Origin: Candidatus Methanosuratincola mesotaenarum
Lineage (GTDB): Archaea > Thermoproteota > Methanomethylicia > Methanomethylicales > Methanomethylicaceae
NCBI GenBank assembly: GCA_038801705.1
Contig: JAULTC010000004.1
Coordinates: 9,868 to 73,867, forward strand
Direction of reading: 5' to 3'
Length of the DNA: 64,000 nucleotides
Made by a program: the position numbers and the translations under genes
Notes under the pieces: model-generated
Told to the model about the DNA's origin: nothing
Seen by the model: only the letters and a program-made list of their open reading frames with translations
Database searches by the model: none
Shown: one piece after another, positions 59,095-64,000 of the stretch
How the letters are laid out: each line of letters begins with the position of its first letter
Position numbering within the stretch: position 1 is the first letter of the stretch

Positions 59095-59187
59095 GGGCCC
59101 GTAGTCTAGTCTGGTTAGGACACCTGAAAAAGGCCTAAAGTCGCCTTCACACGGCGAAGGTCCCCGGTTCGAGTCCGGGCGGGCCCA
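59095..59187 (+). tRNA. tRNA-Val(CAC) with an 18-nt intron at position 25/26 (59122-59139)
   Basis: GGGCCCG/CGGGCCC acceptor stem, TCGCC-TT-CAC-AC-GGCGA arm; BHB-like TAGG/CCTA helix with ACA and AAG bulges. Confidence 0.92.
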
Positions 59188-59239
59188 TCATCAAAACTTT
59201 TTAGCTGAAGGCAAAAAGTTTTATCAAAAAGGTTCTGGA

Positions 59240-60088
59240 TTGCATCAAACACGAAACGGTTACAGTAATGCTAAGGCGAACTTTACGGTAAATCTGGACG
59301 AATTTTTAGAGTTTTGCAGGGTGGATCTCAGGCTTTCCAAAAAAACAATAGTCAGGAACCGATCCGTTGTAAGGCGTGTGCTCCAGGAGTGCGGGCCGGA
59401 CCCCTCGACCCCTCAGCTTAGGCAATTTCTTGGCAAGATTGAGAATGACAGCACTAGGGACAATTACATCAAGGGCCTAAGGACCTATTTCAGGGATTAC
59501 AAGAACGACTTTGAGAGGGTCAGGACCTTCCGATTGGCCAACCGAATAGTGATCCCTTCCTGGTGCCCTTCAAAAAAGGACCTCCAGGTCTTCTATTCAG
59601 AGCTGGGCGATTCCAAAGAGAGGGCCATATTCCTGATGTATGCGTCATCCGGTAAGAGGCGGAATGAGGTCCTTGAATTGACGCTCAAGGATGTGGACAT
59701 CGCCGACCGTGTGATCTATCCGAACAAGGAAAGCTGCTCAAAGAGAACCTGGTACTCATTCTTTAACCAGGAGTGCCAGGACGTACTATACGAATACCTG
59801 AAGGTTAGGCGAGATCCTTCAAGGTGCGGGAAGCTCTTCCCTTTAGGCAGCCAATACGACCATTGCCTGTTCAAGATTGCGCAAAACAAGACAAATTTGC
59901 CAATAACCCCTAAAGTCCTCCGGCTATGGTTTTGTTGCGAGATGTCCCGGCTGGGCGTTTCTGATAGGTTCATAGATGCCTTTTGCGGCCGTGTCCCTAG
60001 ATCTGTTTTTGCAAGGCACTACACGGACTACTCCCTCGAGACGCTCAAGGAAATATACGACAAAGCTGGGCTGAAGGTGCTCTCGTGA
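59240..60088 (+). CDS. Tyrosine recombinase/integrase (SSV-type C-terminal fragment)
   Basis: SSGKRRNE, KVLRLWF, IDAFCGR, RHYTDY; the frame stays open upstream through the tRNA to 59105. Confidence 0.9.
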   Translation: MHQTRNGYSNAKANFTVNLDEFLEFCRVDLRLSKKTIVRNRSVVRRVLQECGPDPSTPQLRQFLGKIENDSTRDNYIKGLRTYFRDYKNDFERVRTFRLANRIVIPSWCPSKKDLQVFYSELGDSKERAIFLMYASSGKRRNEVLELTLKDVDIADRVIYPNKESCSKRTWYSFFNQECQDVLYEYLKVRRDPSRCGKLFPLGSQYDHCLFKIAQNKTNLPITPKVLRLWFCCEMSRLGVSDRFIDAFCGRVPRSVFARHYTDYSLETLKEIYDKAGLKVLS

Positions 60089-60111
60089 TTTGCCGTCTAA
60101 ACGGGAGGCTC

Positions 60112-60307
60112 GGTCAACCCTGGTCAACCCCCCTCCACGCTTTCCGGCTCCAGTCCCCCTCCCATTACCCCCCTCTTCCATTCTTTCCCCTTCCCTTCTT
60201 CACTTATCCGCATCCGCCTACTGCCCCACCCGGGCCGGGCCAAGCGGCGCGGATAGGCAAACAAACAAGCCGAACAAGGCGAACAAGCAAGGGCAGGGGG
60301 TTGACCA
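60112..60307. repeat. Non-coding region with a 12-bp inverted repeat and 9-bp tandem repeats
   Basis: TGGTCAACCCCC (60121-32) / GGGGGTTGACCA (60296-307); AAACAAGCC-GAACAAGGC-GAACAAGCA (60263-89). Confidence 0.7.
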
Positions 60308-60314
60308 TAAAAAT

Positions 60315-61574
60315 TCAAGTTTTGGCTAGGGGGGCAGCCGCCAAGACGTCCTTCTTCCTGCTGTACGTCAGCCGCTCAGGGGGATTCTGGGCATCCAGCT
60401 CCCTCACAATTTCCACACCCCAAGCCATGTTGAAGAAGTACACCAGCAGCTTAGACCCCTGCGCCCTTGCATATAGCAGCTCAGGCTTAATCTCTTTAAT
60501 CGGCATGGTCACGGTGGCTTTGGCATCCTCGTAAACCTTGCAGGCGATAACGTAGTTGACCCCGTCCTTCCCAGCCAGGATGTCGGGCTCGCTCTCGCCC
60601 CCCAGGGGCGTGACCTCGTACCCCTGGCTCTTCAGCTTGAGGGCTACCATCTGCTCGTACACGCCCCCAAGCCTCCGCTTGGCTTCAGCCTGTGCTGCGT
60701 TCTTAATCAGGCTGATAGTGCTCACAGCTTTCCCCGTCCTGACCGCCAAGTCGCGCAGGGTCACACCAGCGCGGTAAAGCCTGTAAAACTCCGCCCCCTC
60801 CGCCCACTTCGGATCCTGCTTCATCCTTTCGATTATCTCGTCCAGGGCTGCGTTCAAGTCGGTTGAAGTCGTCACCTGGATCGGTGCGGGGGCTGCTTCA
60901 GATTCCCCTTCCGCCCCTGCCCCTGTTTCTTCCCCAGCCTGACGGTAAAGCTCCAAGTCGGGGGCGCATTCCGCAGGCGTGAACCTGTACCAGCCTATTT
61001 CGCCCTCGGGGAGCACAACCAGCGCCCTGCTCAATGCCCAGGGCTCCCTCCTCCTCACGGCTTTAATCCAATCCGCCAACTCCTCCTCGTCCACGCCCAA
61101 CAGCTCAAGGTAGGGCTTATCCAGCAACAGGTTAACCCACTTTATCATTATGATTTCGCATTGCACCCTCAGCTGGAAGTCCACGCCCGTGAGCGTCTGC
61201 GAACCGATAAAAACTAAAATTAGCCCTTCCCGCATCCCCTTTTTTTCCGCGATATGCGCCAACTCAGCCGCGTCCACCGCATCCTGCTTGTTCTTTTTGC
61301 TCTGCGCGTTCCTCGAAAACTGCAGCCTGATCGCATCGTCAACGAAAAAGACATTCACGGGTTTGTCTGGTCTTATCTGCGTAATCACGTCGCGGTAATC
61401 GTTCGTCACGCAAAAAAAGGCTTTACCGCCCCAGACCTGCCTTATCTTAGCTGCGATCGTCTTTACCATCGTAGTTTTTCCCGAGCGCGGCTTGCCCACT
61501 ACATAAATTGTCCTGACCATCACCTCGCCCTTGTTCCACCGCATCAAGTCCTGCAAAAAAGGGGATAAAGCCAT
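60315..61574 (-). CDS. Zot/A32-like (FtsK-HerA superfamily) ATPase fused to HTH and Hjc-like PD-(D/E)xK nuclease domains
   Basis: GKPRSGKTT, FFVDDA, IGSQ...VDFQLR; TLRDLAVRTGKAVSTIS; YEQMV...EPDILA...VIACK. Confidence 0.7.
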   Translation of the reverse strand: MALSPFLQDLMRWNKGEVMVRTIYVVGKPRSGKTTMVKTIAAKIRQVWGGKAFFCVTNDYRDVITQIRPDKPVNVFFVDDAIRLQFSRNAQSKKNKQDAVDAAELAHIAEKKGMREGLILVFIGSQTLTGVDFQLRVQCEIIMIKWVNLLLDKPYLELLGVDEEELADWIKAVRRREPWALSRALVVLPEGEIGWYRFTPAECAPDLELYRQAGEETGAGAEGESEAAPAPIQVTTSTDLNAALDEIIERMKQDPKWAEGAEFYRLYRAGVTLRDLAVRTGKAVSTISLIKNAAQAEAKRRLGGVYEQMVALKLKSQGYEVTPLGGESEPDILAGKDGVNYVIACKVYEDAKATVTMPIKEIKPELLYARAQGSKLLVYFFNMAWGVEIVRELDAQNPPERLTYSRKKDVLAAAPLAKT

Positions 61575-61587
61575 TCGGTATCCCCCC

Positions 61588-61953
61588 TCAATCTTCGCCT
61601 AGCTCCGCGCTGCGCTTCCATTTTTGTTCAAGCATACTCGGTGACCGTATCCCGCAGCTCATCATTAGGTCTATCGTAATTGCGTCTGCCAAGTCCTTCG
61701 ACGCGCTCGTTTTCACGTTGAATAGGTCACGATCCAGGGCTGCATCCAGCAGAAGCCCCGATAATAGCTTGGTCTTGGCTTTTATATCTCGGTCGTTGTC
61801 GCGGCGGATTAAATGCCTGCTTATGATTATGGCGTATTGGTTCCTCTCTGCAATATACTTCAGGTCCTCGTCCTGGCTGCCCTGCTTTATGTCTATCCCG
61901 TCCATCAAAATATCCAAAAGCCTATTTTCCAACTCCTTGGGCATCTCACGCAC
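61588..61953 (-). CDS. Hypothetical protein (element-encoded)
   Basis: 121-aa ORF with GGAGG RBS, coupled to its neighbours. Confidence 0.7.
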   Translation of the reverse strand: MREMPKELENRLLDILMDGIDIKQGSQDEDLKYIAERNQYAIIISRHLIRRDNDRDIKAKTKLLSGLLLDAALDRDLFNVKTSASKDLADAITIDLMMSCGIRSPSMLEQKWKRSAELGED

Positions 61954-62269
61954 CTCCTTCGACTCCTAATCGCTTACACAATTGGTTGACCACCACCATC
62001 CCGACTATCAGCGAAATGGTCATTAGTAGTTTTAGCTGCATCGCTGTTATCTCGTATAGCCTCCAGCTCCCCCAGACCTTCAGCCAAAAGCTCCAAATTA
62101 CAAAATCCCCTCCAGGGGCTATCAAGACCGCAAGCGCAAGCACCAAAGAGCTTATGCTCAGGGCTAACAGGGCGTTGTTCCGCTTGAAGTACACGGCTAA
62201 AAAGGTCGCGGCCGTCAGAAAGAGGGCTGCTAGAGGGTAGTACTCAGGCGCCCCTATCAAGCTCCTCAA
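61946..62269 (-). CDS. Small multi-pass membrane protein
   Basis: About 3 hydrophobic helices; GGAGG RBS. Confidence 0.7.
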   Translation of the reverse strand: MRSLIGAPEYYPLAALFLTAATFLAVYFKRNNALLALSISSLVLALAVLIAPGGDFVIWSFWLKVWGSWRLYEITAMQLKLLMTISLIVGMVVVNQLCKRLGVEGGA

Positions 62270-62423
62270 TCCTCCGTTGGTTTATGTAGTCTGCGGGAAT
62301 TAGCTTCCCTGAGGCACTCGTGAAGTACGCCTGATCCGCCTCCTTCAGCAGCCTGCGGTATCTTCTAGCCAAGTCCTCAGCCTTGCCCTTCAAGACGATT
62401 GTTAGGGTCACGCGCTTGCTCAC
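62244..62423 (-). CDS. Small basic hypothetical protein (59 aa)
   Basis: MSKRVTLTIVLKGKAEDLARRYRRLLKEAD...; GTG overlaps the upstream TGA; not in the ORF track. Confidence 0.55.
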   Translation of the reverse strand: MSKRVTLTIVLKGKAEDLARRYRRLLKEADQAYFTSASGKLIPADYINQRRIEELDRGA

Positions 62424-63283
62424 GGCTTCACGCTCCCGTTAACCAAAGTCGAATTGGCAATCGCATCAGGGGGCGCCATGCTCACGCCTCCCGACAGAAT
62501 CCAGCCCAGCACCAGCCCCACGACAAACAAGCCAATCAGCAGGGCTGGGGCGGGCAATTTCTCAAGACTCGGCATGAAGGTGTTTCTCAGCCGCAGACCA
62601 AGCTTGAAGGCAGTATCGACTTTATCCGCTACCTGCTGTAGCTCGTCCATCAGCCTTTCATTTGCAGCTTCCAGGGGGCGTATCTTAGCCACAATTGCGC
62701 TCACCACCGCATCCTTCAGTTGCTTATCCTCGGAAGGCTGCAGGGCTAGGTACTCGCGCATCGCTGGGATGAATAGCTTCAGCCCCCCCACGTCCGCCTT
62801 ATGGAGGGCGGCGAAGCTGTTGATCACGCCCATGTACGCGTACCGAGCGTTGAACACGCTCATCAAGACGAAGCTTGTGCCCAGGATGGTCATGAGATAA
62901 GGGTCAACGGGAGGGAGGGCGTCAAAAGCCCAAAAGAGCAGCACATTGTATATAATAAACCATGGAAGCACTGCGCTTATTCCCGCTTCGCGGTAAAGCT
63001 CCGCTGGTCGCTTCGGCGCAAACAAGGCTTCGGCATCGCCCTGGATGGCGTAGGTCTCGCCCGTCCTCCTGTCTGTGACCACGCTGATTTTGCTAAAGGT
63101 TTTTTTGGGTTCGGCTTCCGCTTTTTCCTCTGTTTTGGCTTCATTGTTGCCCTTCTCGTTTACTGTCACGGTAAAGTCTTCCAGCGTGAGCGTTTTGTTG
63201 TTTGCGTCCATGAGCTGTATCACGCGCTTCGGGTAGCCGAAGCCGAAAAGCCGAGCTAGTGACAGCAAAACACGGGGCACCAA
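62420..63283 (-). CDS. Membrane protein with coiled coil (element-encoded)
   Basis: Two central TM helices, coiled coil LEAANERLMDELQQV, C-terminal TM helix. Confidence 0.75.
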   Translation of the reverse strand: MVPRVLLSLARLFGFGYPKRVIQLMDANNKTLTLEDFTVTVNEKGNNEAKTEEKAEAEPKKTFSKISVVTDRRTGETYAIQGDAEALFAPKRPAELYREAGISAVLPWFIIYNVLLFWAFDALPPVDPYLMTILGTSFVLMSVFNARYAYMGVINSFAALHKADVGGLKLFIPAMREYLALQPSEDKQLKDAVVSAIVAKIRPLEAANERLMDELQQVADKVDTAFKLGLRLRNTFMPSLEKLPAPALLIGLFVVGLVLGWILSGGVSMAPPDAIANSTLVNGSVKP

Positions 63284-63324
63284 TCAATCCGCCCCCGTAA
63301 TGTAGGTTAAATATGCATTCAGGC

Positions 63325-63423
63325 TCATTCAAAACGCCTCTTGCACCAATAATATGGGATAAAGCCTATCACGGCTGCCCAACCTAAAGCTAACAAAAAC
63401 AAAAAAATAGGGGATTCTTGCAC
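63325..63423 (-). CDS. Tiny single-TM protein
   Basis: MQESPIFLFLLALGWAAVIGFIPYYWCKRRFE after a GGAGGT RBS. Confidence 0.5.
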   Translation of the reverse strand: MQESPIFLFLLALGWAAVIGFIPYYWCKRRFE

Positions 63424-63431
63424 GAGGTCGC

Positions 63432-64000
63432 TTACCTCCACGCCCTCACCCACTGTTTCCCCATCTCGTTCAGAATCGGCGCAAATACTATCAGGAGCAC
63501 GAAGACCGCGCCGCCGAGGAGGTACCACTTTATGCTCTTGAGCTTCTCAGGCAGAGTCCATGCCGACACCGGCTGCTGCCCCCCTGTTGGTTGACCCGAG
63601 TCGCTCATGTGTATGTAAAACTCCACAGTCATCGGTCGTATTGTTGCGTTGATGGCTTCGCTATAGCCTGTTTCCGACCTCGGATCGTACACCAGGATTT
63701 GGCTCACGTTGAGCACATCGCCGGGCTGGTACGTGAATACTCTGCGCTCGTCCAGGTTGTACACCAGCCCGCTGGCGTTCAGCACGTGGCTCTGGTTTAC
63801 GGTCAGCGTAAGGTTTTGGTACACCTGCAGGTACAGGGTTCCGTTGGTGTACACCGTGCCGTTCCGGCTCATGCTGCCTATTACTTTCACAGCCATGTTG
63901 GCTAAGGTCACATTCGCCGGCTCAACTCTCAGCAGCTGCTGGTAAGACGTGCTGTTGAACAGGTTTCCGAGAGCCTTAAGGTACGCTATGTATATGGCGT
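63432..64000 (-). CDS. C-terminal part of a membrane-anchored, sequon-rich surface (spike-like) protein
   Basis: Frame open to the window end; 9 N-x-S/T sequons in about 190 aa; C-terminal TM WYLLGGAVFVLLIVFAPIL. Confidence 0.75.
   Translation of the reverse strand, partial: AIYIAYLKALGNLFNSTSYQQLLRVEPANVTLANMAVKVIGSMSRNGTVYTNGTLYLQVYQNLTLTVNQSHVLNASGLVYNLDERRVFTYQPGDVLNVSQILVYDPRSETGYSEAINATIRPMTVEFYIHMSDSGQPTGGQQPVSAWTLPEKLKSIKWYLLGGAVFVLLIVFAPILNEMGKQWVRAWR

Larger units (their letters stand above)
59160..64000. mobile_element. Integrated virus/plasmid-like element at tRNA-Val (continues beyond the window)
   Basis: Integrase fused in frame to the tRNA 3' end, followed by a tightly overlapping minus-strand gene array with no housekeeping genes. 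Confidence 0.8.

Overview
Archaeal chromosome segment. Gene content and order are Thermoproteota/TACK-like; a Methanomethylicia/Verstraetearchaeota-type host is plausible, but that is only an inference. Most of the window is conserved housekeeping gene order: the rpl15e-proteasome-exosome-prefoldin superoperon, an ECF transporter, EF-2, rps19e-ftsY, secE-spt5-L11-L1-L10-L12, alaS/leuS, fen, cdc48, truD, aspS, alba and rpl40e. There are three tRNAs (Gly-CCC, Arg-CCT, and Val-CAC with an 18-nt intron at position 25/26) and a box C/D sRNA. Accessory DNA sits at each tRNA. A 2.7-kb island at tRNA-Gly contains a 37-bp repeat/35-bp spacer/37-bp repeat scar inside a gene, which resembles an off-target CRISPR spacer integration. 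A decayed island follows tRNA-Arg. A provirus-like element starts at tRNA-Val and runs off the window end; it carries an SSV-type split integrase, a fused Zot/FtsK-like ATPase-HTH-nuclease, membrane proteins and a sequon-rich spike-like protein. Other oddities: a Re-citrate synthase, non-canonical start codons (ACG, ATC, CTG), an A11 tract frameshifting a response regulator, and DNA-identical tracts shared by the two AAA modules of cdc48. All calls come from reading the sequence; no database searches were run.
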